DNA of 64,000 bases, from positions 24,542 through 88,541 of the forward strand of contig NZ_JACJQU010000006.1 of the NCBI RefSeq assembly GCF_014696825.1. The letters run 5' to 3'. Within the stretch, counting starts at the first letter, position 1; each line of letters starts with the position of its first letter. Source of the stretch: Anabaena sphaerica FACHB-251. GTDB lineage: Bacteria; Cyanobacteriota; Cyanobacteriia; Cyanobacteriales; Nostocaceae. The notes under the pieces are model-generated. The model was not told the origin of the DNA. It saw nothing but the letters and a program-made list of their open reading frames with translations, and did not search any database. Below, in pieces: positions 10,736-21,278 of this stretch. The position numbers were made by a program, and so were the translations under genes.

Positions 10736-11200
10736 ATGCTGTTACCAATAGAAGTAGCAAATCAAACTTTATATGACCAAGATTATTATCTTTGGTTGCG
10801 GACAACTATTAATCAGCTTCGTGCTGGGCAATTTTCATCTGTGGATTTAGAGAATTTGATTGAAGAATTAGAAACTATGGGGAGAAGTCAAAAGCGAGCT
10901 ATAGAAAGTTTATTAATTAGATTACTCGAACATCTGCTCAAACTTAAATATTTGGATAGTGAAAGAGAGCGTAAGGAAGGACATTGGAAAGGGGAAATCA
11001 GGACTTTTCGGAGACAGATAAAAAAAGAACTTAAAGATAGTCCTAGTCTGAAACCTTACATTTTAGAAATCTTTGATGAATGTTATGAAGAAGCAAGAAA
11101 AGAAGGCAGCGATAGGTCACAACTTCCCCTGGATACATTTCCGATCAATCCTATTGGTTCTTTAGAGCAGGTTTTAGATGATAACTGGTTTGCTGGATAG
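10736..11200 (+). CDS. DUF29 family protein (common in cyanobacteria)
   Basis: 154 aa; DYYLWL..T...L..G....VDLENLIEELE.MGRS.KRA.ES.L..LL.HLLK is the DUF29 signature. Confidence 0.6.
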   Translation: MLLPIEVANQTLYDQDYYLWLRTTINQLRAGQFSSVDLENLIEELETMGRSQKRAIESLLIRLLEHLLKLKYLDSERERKEGHWKGEIRTFRRQIKKELKDSPSLKPYILEIFDECYEEARKEGSDRSQLPLDTFPINPIGSLEQVLDDNWFAG

Positions 11201-11246
11201 GAATAATACTAAAATTTTTGCTAATTGGTATAAAGACACTATACAA

Positions 11247-11385
11247 TAGACATCTCCGGTAATTAAATGTGCGTGGTTTGAAACCCTTGTAGAGACGTTC
11301 CGGCGGAACGTCTCTACCATATTTCCGGAGAGACGTTCCGGCGGAACGTCTCTACCATATTTCCGGAGAGGTCTAATAAATTATT
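11247..11385. mobile_element. MITE copy 1 (TA-flanked; TIRs GACATCTCCGG...CCGGAGAGGTC); internal tandem duplication of palindrome GTAGAGACGTTCCGGCGGAACGTCTCTAC
   Basis: Near-identical copies at 56851..56941 and 38152..38253, partial copies at 539..579 and 38060..38087; TA dinucleotide on both flanks. Confidence 0.7.
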
Positions 11386-11411
11386 CTATAACTCTGATCT
11401 TAAGAATATAT

Positions 11412-13250
11412 ATGGATAGCTATCAGATAAAGCTAGAGCTTACTAAAACTCATCATGATGCCTGTTTTAGCTTTGACCTAAACCCTCGCTTTGGAGATAT
11501 TATTAATGGTAATATATCTTCTAAACAGGTAAAATCACCGTTTGCAAAGGATATTAGTGCTGGCAAAAATACCTATGTTTATGATGCTCATACATACCAT
11601 ACCAAAGTTCCACCACAAGGAATTAAACCATTGATTGAGTATTATACCAATCCTGGTGATGTTGTTTTAGATCCATTTTGCGGTTCAGGGATGACAGGAG
11701 TAGCAGCAACAGAGTTAGGACGTAAAGCCCTACTATCAGATTTGTCTCCCGCAGCAGCATTTATAACTTATAACTTAAACACACCGATAGATGCTGATCT
11801 ATATCTAAATGCAATTAATGAAATTTTAAATCGAGCAGCTTCTCTTGAAAAAAAACTTTATACAACCTACTGTCGAGATTGTGGTTCACCAGCCAAAGTT
11901 TTATATACAGTTTGGAGCTACGGCTTAATATGTCAAAATTGTCAGCAAGAGTTTATATTTTGGGATGTCGGACGTGATGAAAAAGCGTCAGTGAGAGAAA
12001 GCAAAATAAAAAAAGAAGTGAACTGTCCTCACTGTAATGTATTGTTAAAGAGACGTAACCTCAAACGCACGCAACGTTATCCTGTAGCGGTCGGTTATAA
12101 ATGTTGTGGTAGCCGACTAAAAGAAAGTTGTGTACCTTTAAATAATTTCGATTGTGAATTAATCAACTCAATAGAACAATCGCCAATGCCTAAAAATTTG
12201 TGGTATCCACAAAATACTATTCCTGAAGGAGTAAATACACGGCAACCAATTCTGGCGGGAATTAAAACTATTGACCAATGTTATACTCGTCGCGCTTTAT
12301 ATGCAATGTCATTTCTCTGGCAAGAAGCATCAAGCTGGCCTGATATAAAAGTCAGAGATAAACTTTTGTTCACACTTACATCCCTATACCAAAGGATAAC
12401 CGTATTCAGTGAATTTCGTTTTTGGGGGGGCAGTGGTAATACTGCTAATTTTCATGTACCAACCGTAATGAATGAGCAAAATGTTTTTCAGGTCTTTAAA
12501 AGAAAAGCTCAAACCATTAGTTGGTATTTTCGTGAGTCTGCTCATATTCCTCGTACAGTTCGAGTCAGTACACAATCTGCGTGCAATTTAAAGCAAATAC
12601 CAGATAAATCAGTCGATTATGTTTTCACTGATCCGCCTTTTGGAGCTAATATCAATTACTCAGAAATGAATTTGCTTTGGGAAAGCTGGCTTCAGCATTG
12701 GACTGATAATAAAGAAGAAGCAATAGTCAATCCAGTTCAAGGTAAAAGCTATCAAGAATATAAGAATTTACTTCTCAAAGCATTTTCTGAAATTAAACGA
12801 GTCTTGAAAGATGGTAGTTGGTTAACAGTTGCCTTTCATAACTCGTCTGAAAAAGCATGGGTTGTGATTCAAGAAGCTTTAGCTGATGCTGGGTTTCAAA
12901 TTAAAGGAACTCAGATTTTTGATAAGAAACATGGTACTTTTAAGATGTTTGTTTCTGATAATGCGGTTGGCTATGATTTAATTATTAATTGCCAAAAATC
13001 ACATTCATTAAAAGTTATTTCTCAACCTATGCTAGAAGTCAGGGAGCAGGCGAGGGAGTTTATTAAGGAATATTTAGCTAATGGGAATATTTTGACAAAA
13101 GACTTTCTGCACGTTGCCCGTCAGTCTGAATTTGATTACCGACGCTTATATTCTGCTTGGCTGGCTAAAACTGTAAAAGAAAGTTTAGTTTCTATAGATT
13201 TTGAAACTTTTAGAGAAATAGTTGATCAAGTACAAGTGGAAAAAAAATAG
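11412..13250 (+). CDS. Site-specific DNA (amino) methyltransferase, N6-adenine/N4-cytosine type, with Cys-rich zinc-ribbon target-recognition region
   Basis: 612 aa. Motif X/I near N-terminus (HTKVPPQG...GDVVLDPFCGSGMTGVAA), several CxxC pairs (CRDCG, CQNCQ, CPHCN, CCGS), then motif IV TDPPFGANI at about residue 398. Stop codon abuts next ATG. Confidence 0.75.
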   Translation: MDSYQIKLELTKTHHDACFSFDLNPRFGDIINGNISSKQVKSPFAKDISAGKNTYVYDAHTYHTKVPPQGIKPLIEYYTNPGDVVLDPFCGSGMTGVAATELGRKALLSDLSPAAAFITYNLNTPIDADLYLNAINEILNRAASLEKKLYTTYCRDCGSPAKVLYTVWSYGLICQNCQQEFIFWDVGRDEKASVRESKIKKEVNCPHCNVLLKRRNLKRTQRYPVAVGYKCCGSRLKESCVPLNNFDCELINSIEQSPMPKNLWYPQNTIPEGVNTRQPILAGIKTIDQCYTRRALYAMSFLWQEASSWPDIKVRDKLLFTLTSLYQRITVFSEFRFWGGSGNTANFHVPTVMNEQNVFQVFKRKAQTISWYFRESAHIPRTVRVSTQSACNLKQIPDKSVDYVFTDPPFGANINYSEMNLLWESWLQHWTDNKEEAIVNPVQGKSYQEYKNLLLKAFSEIKRVLKDGSWLTVAFHNSSEKAWVVIQEALADAGFQIKGTQIFDKKHGTFKMFVSDNAVGYDLIINCQKSHSLKVISQPMLEVREQAREFIKEYLANGNILTKDFLHVARQSEFDYRRLYSAWLAKTVKESLVSIDFETFREIVDQVQVEKK

Positions 13251-14231
13251 ATGCGCCGACCTTTAACAATGCCAGCTTTTACCATAGAAGAATATGAGCA
13301 AGCACATAAATTTCTAGCCATTAAAGTAGCTTACATGATGGGTCGCAAATTTGAAGAAGGAGATTGGTCTGATGTTTACTGTCGAGCGAAGGGAATTCCG
13401 AAAGTTGGTTGGTCAAATTTAAATATTGATGTCATGTATGGTTTGTTAGGAGTAGAACATAAAATGCTTTGCTATCGTTCAAAACCTGACTTAAGAGATG
13501 CTTGTGGTACAACATTGATGCATCCCGCAGCTACAAGATCAATCCGCATACCCGCCAATGATACAGACCCTAATGAAGTAATGCGTGATGTTCTGGGACA
13601 ATATGCCGAACTTATTAACCGACGAAGAGAGAGAGTGCGTCAACAAGCAAATTCTATAGGAGAGCCTGATATGCGAGTTGGATGGTTACTTTGGCAAGAA
13701 AGTTTACAACAGTTCTTATATTTTGAAGAGGAAATGCTCATTCCTAATCCAGAAGATTACTATGCTGTATGGAAACCATCTGGTGGAGGTTCAAGAAAAG
13801 AGAGCAAAAATTTGTGGATTTATGAAGCAGAAACAGATAAAAAGAGATATTCTGTGACAACTTCAGCAGGCGCTAAAATTCAACCATATTTTGATATTCC
13901 ATCTCCAACAGATCCCAATATTTATATATTCACTGTAATTGGGGAAGTTGTAGATACTGGTTTGATTAGAGTGTGGTTAACAGAAGCGACTAAGAAAGAA
14001 TTAGAGAGACTAATTAGTTCACTTGACACGACAGTTATGAGTGAAACAATTTTGGATGTAGTTGCTGAACTTTCTGAAATACCATCTGCTGAATTTGAGA
14101 ATTTTGAAACTGGTTACTCCTTAGTTATAACCAGAGAAGCTTATGCTGCATTACAAGAAAAATTACCGGGAGTTAATGATGATCACTGCTTTAGGTTGTT
14201 AGGTCAATATTTGCAGCATCATAATGACTGA
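13251..14231 (+). CDS. Putative Type II restriction endonuclease (PD-(D/E)xK candidate), cognate to upstream methyltransferase
   Basis: 326 aa, ATG directly after MTase stop (TAGATG). Possible PD...ExK arrangement (NIDVMYGLLGVEHKM). Low GC like the MTase. Family not recognised. Confidence 0.4.
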   Translation: MRRPLTMPAFTIEEYEQAHKFLAIKVAYMMGRKFEEGDWSDVYCRAKGIPKVGWSNLNIDVMYGLLGVEHKMLCYRSKPDLRDACGTTLMHPAATRSIRIPANDTDPNEVMRDVLGQYAELINRRRERVRQQANSIGEPDMRVGWLLWQESLQQFLYFEEEMLIPNPEDYYAVWKPSGGGSRKESKNLWIYEAETDKKRYSVTTSAGAKIQPYFDIPSPTDPNIYIFTVIGEVVDTGLIRVWLTEATKKELERLISSLDTTVMSETILDVVAELSEIPSAEFENFETGYSLVITREAYAALQEKLPGVNDDHCFRLLGQYLQHHND

Positions 14232-14310
14232 AATGTTCCTTGTTGCTCTTGCTAAGTATTAACTATCTAGGTAAATAAATGTTAATAATGGTGCAATAAG
14301 TTTGGATAAT

Positions 14311-14562
14311 TTAACCCTCAATCACACGCACATAAATAGCCCGTGCTGTTTCCCTATCTATAGTCATAGGTATATTACCAGCTTTAATCACAAAAGCCGG
14401 AAAGTGTTGGTCTACAATAATTGAAGTTCCTGTTTTTATGCCCATTGATATAAGCTTTTTTCTAATGAGTTCATCCTGAGTTTTACAGACGGTAACAATT
14501 CCCTGTTCACCAGGTTTCAGCAATTCTAAAGAACAACCCATCACACTAAAACGAGTAAACAT
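14311..14562 (-). CDS. feoA: FeoA-domain small protein
   Basis: 83 aa; LKPGEQGIV...GIKTG...P SH3-like FeoA pattern. Confidence 0.55.
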   Translation of the reverse strand: MFTRFSVMGCSLELLKPGEQGIVTVCKTQDELIRKKLISMGIKTGTSIIVDQHFPAFVIKAGNIPMTIDRETARAIYVRVIEG

Positions 14563-14670
14563 AGCACGATAATAATTAAAAGTGAAAATTGAAATGATGA
14601 AAGATGATAAACATCCTCCATCATGATTAAAGTAGCGGTTTAGGAATCCTAAAAATCTACTAACTTGAGA

Positions 14671-14970
14671 TTAAGCAAGGTAAGGTTCTTGGTGGGTTTT
14701 GATTGTGCAGTTAGAGCGGGGGTAGGTAACACACAACAGAGCGAATCCTTTGCCCATTTGTTCATCATCTAGGAAGGATTGATCATCTTGATTGATTTCA
14801 CCTTCAACTACTTTACCTACACAGCTAGAGCAAGCACCAGAGTGACAAGAAAAAGGTAATTCAATACCAGCTTCTTCTGCACCATCGAGAATTGTGGTTT
14901 CTTCATCGATTTCAATTGTGGTGTCGATGTTTTCTTTTTTGCTGATTAATCTTACTTGATATGCAGCCAT
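14671..14970 (-). CDS. fdxH: Heterocyst [2Fe-2S] ferredoxin
   Basis: 99 aa, MAAYQVRLI...[20 protein letters not shown]...[25 protein letters not shown], near-identical to known FdxH. Confidence 0.9.
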   Translation of the reverse strand: MAAYQVRLISKKENIDTTIEIDEETTILDGAEEAGIELPFSCHSGACSSCVGKVVEGEINQDDQSFLDDEQMGKGFALLCVTYPRSNCTIKTHQEPYLA

Positions 14971-15167
14971 TTTCTGGTTCTCCTCAAACGTGAATAGAAT
15001 TACTTTGGTAAATTGGTTAAGTCTCCCCTTTTTAGGGCGGGGAAATGCTCCCTTCCGTACACAAAAAAGATGTAGAGTATGTCTACGGAAAACTTGTAAA
15101 CTTGTAGGTGATTGAATGGAACTTAGGAAAGTTTCTATATTTATTTTTCCCTAAGTTCCAAATTTTT

Positions 15168-15542
15168 TTAGCTGCAAGGTACACCGTTAGGTGAACAATC
15201 GCCAGCTTTAAAAGACTTGCCACAACCGCAGGTGTCAGTTGCATTGGGATTGGAAAACTTAAAACCGCTGTCCATTACTCCCTCAACAAAATCCATTACC
15301 ACACCTTCTAATAACGGCGCACTTTGAGCATCAACGTAAACCAACACATTTCCTTGTTGGCTGACAATATCACCTGGTTGGGGCTTACTTGTAATTTCAA
15401 TTCCATACTCATAGCCACTGCAACCACCATCTTTAACGGAGATGCGGACACCTTTTGTAGAGCTATTAGATTCCTCAGTTGCGGAACCTCTTAAAAAAGC
15501 CCGCAGACGAAATTCTGCCTTTTCTGTTAAAGTAACAGTCAT
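15168..15542 (-). CDS. hesB: HesB/IscA-type Fe-S cluster assembly accessory protein
   Basis: 124 aa, C-terminal CGCGKSF motif; position between hesA and fdxH. Confidence 0.85.
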   Translation of the reverse strand: MTVTLTEKAEFRLRAFLRGSATEESNSSTKGVRISVKDGGCSGYEYGIEITSKPQPGDIVSQQGNVLVYVDAQSAPLLEGVVMDFVEGVMDSGFKFSNPNATDTCGCGKSFKAGDCSPNGVPCS

Positions 15543-15613
15543 TTTGTTTCCTGTTCTGTAGCGATTATTCTGATTTTCAGATGTGGGTTATTTATTGTTT
15601 TTGTGGTGCAACT

Positions 15614-16396
15614 TCACACCGATATAGATTGAGATTGGGAATATCTCCAAGGTGCAGTATTACCGCAGACCGGACAATTGCGATCGCGTTGAGAACGACG
15701 TTTAGCAAACTCCATCCGCTGCAAATCAATTGTTAACAACTCTGACAAAAGTGGTTGACTAAAACCAGTAATCAGCTTGATAGCTTCCAACGCTGTTAGA
15801 CAAGCCAAAGTCCCAGAAACAGCCCCTAGAACTGAAAAACCACGTCGATCCCAATCCGGCTTTTCTGGAAACAGACAGGACAAACAAGGAGTCACACCAG
15901 GAATAATCGTGGTTAGATAAGCCTCCATCCCATCCATAGCAGCCTCTACCATCGGCTTACGCCAACGCACACAAGCTTCATTTAGCAAATTGCGCTCGGC
16001 GAAATTGTGGGCGCAGTCCAGAGCCATATCAGCAGATTGCACTAACGAGTCTACATTTTCTGGGGTAATGTAATCATGAATTGCTTCAATCTGGACATTA
16101 GGATTAATCCCTTCCAGAGTTTCTTTGGCTTTGAATACTCTTGGTTTTCCCACCCAATCGTCAGTCATTAAAACTTGACGATTCATGTCATCCATCCGCA
16201 AATCACCACCCCGGACTAGGATGAGCCGCCCAACACCTGCTACTGCTAAGTAAAGCGCTGCTGTCCCACCTAATCCCCCCACACCAGTCACCAGAACCGT
16301 CGCTGACTTCAGGCGCTTTTGAGCCGCTTCGCCAAAATTAGGGAGCATCATTTGGCGACTATAACGCTCTAATTCGGTAGGCGTTAGGTTGATCAA
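15614..16396 (-). CDS. hesA: HesA (MoeB/ThiF-type E1-like) protein
   Basis: 260 aa with GVGGLGG nucleotide-binding motif and CxxC pairs; nif-cluster context. Confidence 0.85.
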   Translation of the reverse strand: MINLTPTELERYSRQMMLPNFGEAAQKRLKSATVLVTGVGGLGGTAALYLAVAGVGRLILVRGGDLRMDDMNRQVLMTDDWVGKPRVFKAKETLEGINPNVQIEAIHDYITPENVDSLVQSADMALDCAHNFAERNLLNEACVRWRKPMVEAAMDGMEAYLTTIIPGVTPCLSCLFPEKPDWDRRGFSVLGAVSGTLACLTALEAIKLITGFSQPLLSELLTIDLQRMEFAKRRSQRDRNCPVCGNTAPWRYSQSQSISV

Positions 16397-16406
16397 TTTA
16401 TACCTC

Positions 16407-16724
16407 CTAATCAGAAGTGATTTCTGTCAACGTGACTACATTTTTCGGCTTATCATTAAACACCTTGAACAGCTTTTGTTCGTGGGGTGTTGATTCCATA
16501 AAAACCTGATAAGCTTTTTGCAAAGCTAAACAATATTGAGTTAATTTTTCTTCTGAACTCAAGTTAGGAAATTTATCATCAATTTCATACATATATTGAG
16601 AAAACTTTTTCAATATATGCAGACGATTGACATTTACAAATTTTTGGTCATAAGGCAGTTGAAAAAAGATAAAAAATTCTTCTGCATCTACGAGCTTCTT
16701 GAATTCTTCAATAGTTCCACTCAT
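16407..16724 (-). CDS. nifW: Nitrogenase-stabilizing/protective protein NifW
   Basis: 105 aa; size, sequence (FFIFFQLPYD..) and position before hesA. Confidence 0.75.
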   Translation of the reverse strand: MSGTIEEFKKLVDAEEFFIFFQLPYDQKFVNVNRLHILKKFSQYMYEIDDKFPNLSSEEKLTQYCLALQKAYQVFMESTPHEQKLFKVFNDKPKNVVTLTEITSD

Positions 16725-16921
16725 TGAGCATCCTCCATTTTTTTTAGCTGTTGCTTGAGTTCATCCAACTGTCGGTAGATTTCATAAGTCTCAGCCGCAA
16801 CATCCATAAGTTTTTTGTAATCTGTTGGCAGCCCTTCAGCTAAATCATGCAGATCCATCTTCATTTGACCTGCTTTACTATTTAGCTTTCTAATTTTTAC
16901 TGTAAGTTCCTCAATCGTCAT
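16721..16921 (-). CDS. Small nif-cluster protein (DUF683-like), 66 aa
   Basis: Conserved small ORF between nifX-associated gene and nifW; 4-bp overlap with nifW start. Confidence 0.5.
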   Translation of the reverse strand: MTIEELTVKIRKLNSKAGQMKMDLHDLAEGLPTDYKKLMDVAAETYEIYRQLDELKQQLKKMEDAQ

Positions 16922-16937
16922 TGGTTATTAGTGATTA

Positions 16938-16976
16938 GTCATTGGTCATTGGTCATTGGTCATTGGTCATTGGTAA
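16938..16976. repeat. STRR heptamer array (CATTGGT)x5 (STRR2-type TTGGTCA)
   Basis: Perfect tandem heptamers in intergenic DNA. Confidence 0.85.
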
Positions 16977-17091
16977 CTGGAGATTCAATTGTGTATTTTA
17001 GATTGGGATTGGGAATTGTATTTAATTAAATTAACTCCCATCTTAAATCTAAAACTTTCTTCCCTAGTCCCCAATCACCAATCCCCAAGTA

Positions 17092-17568
17092 TTAAATATT
17101 TCCTACTTCGGGGAAACGTTTAGCTAGATCAATGCCTTTTTGGACAAAGTTTTCTCCCTCTTCATTTAATTTTTCTAGGGAGTCGAAACCGTAGCGATGA
17201 GCATCACGTAAGGTTTTTACAGCTAACAATAACCGACCAGAAAATACTAACGCCCAGCCAAATCCTTCATGACCTAAATCAACTACCACATTAGAAATGA
17301 GTCCGGTTTCTTTTTCAATGCTGGCAGCTACAGCACGGAAAAAGGCGTTGATCCGAGAAATAGTTGCTGGATCAACTTCACCTTCAACGGAAATTTCCCG
17401 TTTCTTTTGTTTAGTAACAACAAAAGGTTTTAGAATCAATTCATCAGACCAACTCCGGTAAAAACCATAGCTATCTTGCGCCCGGATTTGTTGGACTAAG
17501 CTCTTGAGAAAAGGTGAAGTTATTGGTGTGCTTGTAGTAGTTCCGTTGACGTTGTTATTTTCATTCAT
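17092..17568 (-). CDS. NifX-associated nitrogen-fixation protein (NafY C-terminal-like / DUF269 region)
   Basis: 158 aa, overlaps nifX stop by 4 bp; conserved nif-cluster position. Confidence 0.65.
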   Translation of the reverse strand: MNENNNVNGTTTSTPITSPFLKSLVQQIRAQDSYGFYRSWSDELILKPFVVTKQKKREISVEGEVDPATISRINAFFRAVAASIEKETGLISNVVVDLGHEGFGWALVFSGRLLLAVKTLRDAHRYGFDSLEKLNEEGENFVQKGIDLAKRFPEVGNI

Positions 17569-17984
17569 ACTGTTGCTTCGTTTTCAATTTCATCTGCAAA
17601 GGTTGATGTTTTTGGTTGTAGAGCTTTACGCAACCAAGGTGGGGGATTTCCTTTGAGAGTTTGGACTAATTTAGTCAGGATTTCTTCAATCTTTTCTTCT
17701 TCTGATTTCGCCTTGACTGGAGTCACACCCTTCTTGATTAAACGAGCGGCTGCACTACCACCAATAGCGACAACATAAACAATTGTGCAATCATTTAAAG
17801 CCTCAAGTTTAGGGGTAATTTTATCTTCATTACCATCTTCTTTGAGGTCGCCTTCAAATTTCAGAGTTTCTAGGAATTGATATCCATGATCTGAAATTTC
17901 ATAGACATCAATTTCTTTAGCCCAACCAAAGTGAGCATTAATATGAACTCGGTCAGTAGTCGTAAAGGCAATTTTCACTTTCAT
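17565..17984 (-). CDS. nifX: FeMo-cofactor carrier NifX
   Basis: 139 aa, dinitrogenase FeMo-co binding fold family (NifX/NafY); position after nifN. Confidence 0.85.
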   Translation of the reverse strand: MKVKIAFTTTDRVHINAHFGWAKEIDVYEISDHGYQFLETLKFEGDLKEDGNEDKITPKLEALNDCTIVYVVAIGGSAAARLIKKGVTPVKAKSEEEKIEEILTKLVQTLKGNPPPWLRKALQPKTSTFADEIENEATV

Positions 17985-18155
17985 TTGTCCTTTATAAGTG
18001 GGAATGGGAAATAAGGAATAGGCAAGATTTGATTAATTTCTCGTTTCCATACTCTGTATGGGAATGAATGTTAAAAGGTTCTGCCTTTTGTGATGTCAGA
18101 GTCAGAGACTCTGTGATGGCATTCCTAGTCAGAGACTAGGAACGAGATCAATCAT

Positions 18156-19487
18156 TTATTCTTTATTAATGATTGGTTGCCATTGCTTCATCATTAATGA
18201 CTCTTCATGTGCTACAAACAGGTTTCCTATACCAAATAGAACTTCCATCGTGCCGCGATAGCCTACTTTAGTAAAGAGACCATTTCCTAAACGGTCATAG
18301 ATAGGAATTCCTAAACGATAGAGAGGAATGGAAAGACGTTTAGATATGGTATTTACATTAGAATTACCAATCAACAAATCAGAACCTACCGCTAAATCTT
18401 CCAAATCTTCCAAATCGCCGATAGTGACATTTTTGATGGGAAGATGTTCTAATAAAGGCGATCGCGTCGTTGTTACAGCAGCATGAATAGAAGCCCCCAT
18501 TGACTGTAAAAACTGCACAGTAGACCACATTAAATCCGGTTCCAAAGCCAAAGAAACTCTTTTAGCACCAAAATAAAAATGAGTATCCAACATCGCATCT
18601 TGCAACTGACGACGTTGACGGCGATATTTTTCTGGTACGGGATTACCACTCAAAACAGATAAAGCTTGAAGAAACTCATCTACAGCTTCTAAACCTGTCA
18701 AATCCCGAAAAACTTCGTAATCTGTATTAAAACGTTCTTGGAGAATTTTTGCTGCACTCCGCATACTTTCACCCAAAGCCAAAGTGAAAGCAGAACTACC
18801 TAAAGAACGCAGTTGTTTTAGAGTCGTACCGCTAACAGTTACTGCACTATAATCATCTTCCAAATGACCATCTAAAGAAGCACCCAAATCAGGAACAAAA
18901 ATTGGTTCCAGTCCAAAAGATGTCACCATCTCCCGAACTTCCTGCACATCCCCAGGAGTGAAAGCTGAACCTGCCAAAATTGTAATTTGTTCAGGTTTAA
19001 TTCCTCCAGCTTTGGGAACTTCCTTGACAATACTTTCTACAGCAACTGCAAAACCATCTTGCAATGCACCTTTAAAATCAGGAGTCGGAGCAAAAACAAT
19101 TGCTAAATGATCTAACTCTGGATGACGTTTCCGAATATCTTTCAAGAAACGTTCAATATCATCTCCTCTGGTTTCTGTTAACCCAGTCGTACATAAACCA
19201 ATAATTTCTGGTTTCGCTTTTTCTACTAAAGTTAAAATAGCTTGTTCAACATTTTCTTCACCACCCAAAATGGTAGTAACTTCCGTCATCGCGGTAGTAG
19301 CAAGAGGAATGGCTTCCCGAAAATGTCGAACTAAAACTACCTTAGCAAAAGCAGTACAACCTTGAGAACCATGAAATAAAGGCATAGTTCCCTTTAATCC
19401 CAAAAAAGCCAAAGATGCACCTAAAGCTTGACTTTGTTTGAGAGGATTAACAGTAACAGACTTATTGGGAACAGTGACAATTGCCAT
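18156..19487 (-). CDS. nifN: Nitrogenase FeMo-cofactor biosynthesis protein NifN
   Basis: 443 aa, NifN/NifK-like fold; follows nifE. Confidence 0.9.
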   Translation of the reverse strand: MAIVTVPNKSVTVNPLKQSQALGASLAFLGLKGTMPLFHGSQGCTAFAKVVLVRHFREAIPLATTAMTEVTTILGGEENVEQAILTLVEKAKPEIIGLCTTGLTETRGDDIERFLKDIRKRHPELDHLAIVFAPTPDFKGALQDGFAVAVESIVKEVPKAGGIKPEQITILAGSAFTPGDVQEVREMVTSFGLEPIFVPDLGASLDGHLEDDYSAVTVSGTTLKQLRSLGSSAFTLALGESMRSAAKILQERFNTDYEVFRDLTGLEAVDEFLQALSVLSGNPVPEKYRRQRRQLQDAMLDTHFYFGAKRVSLALEPDLMWSTVQFLQSMGASIHAAVTTTRSPLLEHLPIKNVTIGDLEDLEDLAVGSDLLIGNSNVNTISKRLSIPLYRLGIPIYDRLGNGLFTKVGYRGTMEVLFGIGNLFVAHEESLMMKQWQPIINKE

Positions 19488-19526
19488 AAATTAATCTCAA
19501 TAATCTCAAATAAAACGTAAGAAAGT

Positions 19527-19559
19527 AGGAGTTCAGGAGTCAGGAGTCAGAAGTCAGGA
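19527..19559. repeat. STRR-like heptamer array (AGGAGTC/AGAAGTC)
   Basis: Tandem heptamers between nifE and nifN. Confidence 0.8.
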
Positions 19560-19657
19560 TATCGCCACGTTCTACGATCAGAAAAAAGAAAAAAGAATTA
19601 ATCTTTACCCTGCTCCTCTGCTCCTTGTCCTCTTCACTGTCACCTGTCACTTAAAAT

Positions 19658-21025
19658 TTACTCCCAAGGAGCAGGCTTACGAATTTGTTCCCAAATGGGA
19701 CTATATAAAGCCTCATACAATTCTCTGGCCATTTCCACCATTCCCATATAACCTGCATAGGGATGATGACGTTCTTGGTTAATATCTAAAAAGGGAATTC
19801 TTGCCTTTAAAGCCGTGTACTGATTTCGACCACCAGCTATTAACATATCGGCTTTAGTATCTCTTACCAACTTCAGCAATTCTTGGGCATTTCCTTTTTC
19901 TAACATAATGCCATCATTGCCCAACAAATTCTTGATTTTGGCTTTATCTTCTTCTGTACTTTTTCTGGTACTTGTGGCAACAACTTCAATTCCTAAATCC
20001 TTAGCAGCGGAAATAATTGACCAACTTTTCACACCGCCAGTATATAAAACCACTCGCTTACCCTTGAGGCGTTCTCGATAGGGAGCAAGAGCAATATCTA
20101 AAGCCGCAGTTTCATCGGCAATTAACTTTTCTGTCCGTGCTTGTAAATCAGGATCACCTAATTTAGCAGCAACAGTTCGCAGACAACGATTAATATCATC
20201 AATTCCGTAAAAAGACTCTTCAATGTAAGGAATGCCATAACGTTCCTGCATTTTCCGCGCCATGTTTAATAATGCCCGTGAGCAAATCATCACATTTAAT
20301 TTAGCGCGGTGAGCATAAGTAATTTCTTGATAGCGAGCATCACCAGTGATTTTCGATAATACGCGAATGCCTAACTTTTCAAATAAAGGCAAAACGCCCC
20401 ACATTTCGCCAGCAATATTGTACTCACCAATCAAATTAATATCATAAGGTGTAGTATATTCAGGTTCAGCAGTGCCAACTACATAATCTAGTAAAGCTTC
20501 ACCACCAAAGCGATTACCTAGATTTTTACTGCCAATAAATCCCGGAGCAATTACTGGAACAACAGGAGTACCAATTTTCTCAGCCGCCACCTTACAAACT
20601 GCATCAATATCATCACCAATTAAAGCAGTTACGCAAGTAGCGTAAACAAAAACAGCCGCAGGTTTGTAGCGGTCATTAACTTCCAAAATTGCCTTATAAA
20701 GCTTTTTCTCACCACCGAAAATCACATCATTTTCACCAATATCAGTGGTAAAACCAGTCTTATAAAGCATTGGACCAGAGGAGAGACTACCACGACTACC
20801 CCAAGAGTTGCCAGCACAAGCAATAGGTCCATGTACTAAATGAGCAGCATCAGTAATAGGTACTAATGCAATCATCGCTCCATCAAAAGCACAACCCCCT
20901 TGAGCAGCACCTGGTTGAGCTTGTTGTGTACAAGATTTGTTTTTCTTTTCTCCTTGTTTATTTTGATTATGTTCGCATCCTGACTCACTAAGTAACTCGT
21001 TAATTTTGCTTTGGGTAATTTTCAT
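19658..21025 (-). CDS. nifE: Nitrogenase FeMo-cofactor scaffold NifE
   Basis: 455 aa, [20 protein letters not shown]...; NifD-like fold. Confidence 0.9.
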   Translation of the reverse strand: MKITQSKINELLSESGCEHNQNKQGEKKNKSCTQQAQPGAAQGGCAFDGAMIALVPITDAAHLVHGPIACAGNSWGSRGSLSSGPMLYKTGFTTDIGENDVIFGGEKKLYKAILEVNDRYKPAAVFVYATCVTALIGDDIDAVCKVAAEKIGTPVVPVIAPGFIGSKNLGNRFGGEALLDYVVGTAEPEYTTPYDINLIGEYNIAGEMWGVLPLFEKLGIRVLSKITGDARYQEITYAHRAKLNVMICSRALLNMARKMQERYGIPYIEESFYGIDDINRCLRTVAAKLGDPDLQARTEKLIADETAALDIALAPYRERLKGKRVVLYTGGVKSWSIISAAKDLGIEVVATSTRKSTEEDKAKIKNLLGNDGIMLEKGNAQELLKLVRDTKADMLIAGGRNQYTALKARIPFLDINQERHHPYAGYMGMVEMARELYEALYSPIWEQIRKPAPWE

Positions 21026-21278
21026 CTCTCTTCTCGCGCTGGATGGCAGTTATTAATTGAAATGTGAGCAAACTTAAATAGACTTCCTGCAAAATTCCTC
21101 TTTACACAAGATTTACACAGATAAAGTTTCAGAAAAGATGTCTATTTATCTGTAACTGAATTTTCATAACATCAATCCTTGATAATTGTCATTTGGGTTT
21201 TTTGAATACTAATGACTAATGATCAATGATTAATAACCAAACAGTAAGGGGTAATGGGTAATGAGTAATAACTAATGT

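Noticed and set aside
16938-16976. Possible CRISPR-like arrays at the many tandem heptamer tracts (also 6721..6756, 21657..21688, 50415..50448, 51664..51783)
   Set aside because: Units are 7 bp with no spacers. These are classic STRR1/STRR2-type repeats of heterocystous cyanobacteria, not CRISPR repeat-spacer arrays, and no cas genes are present.
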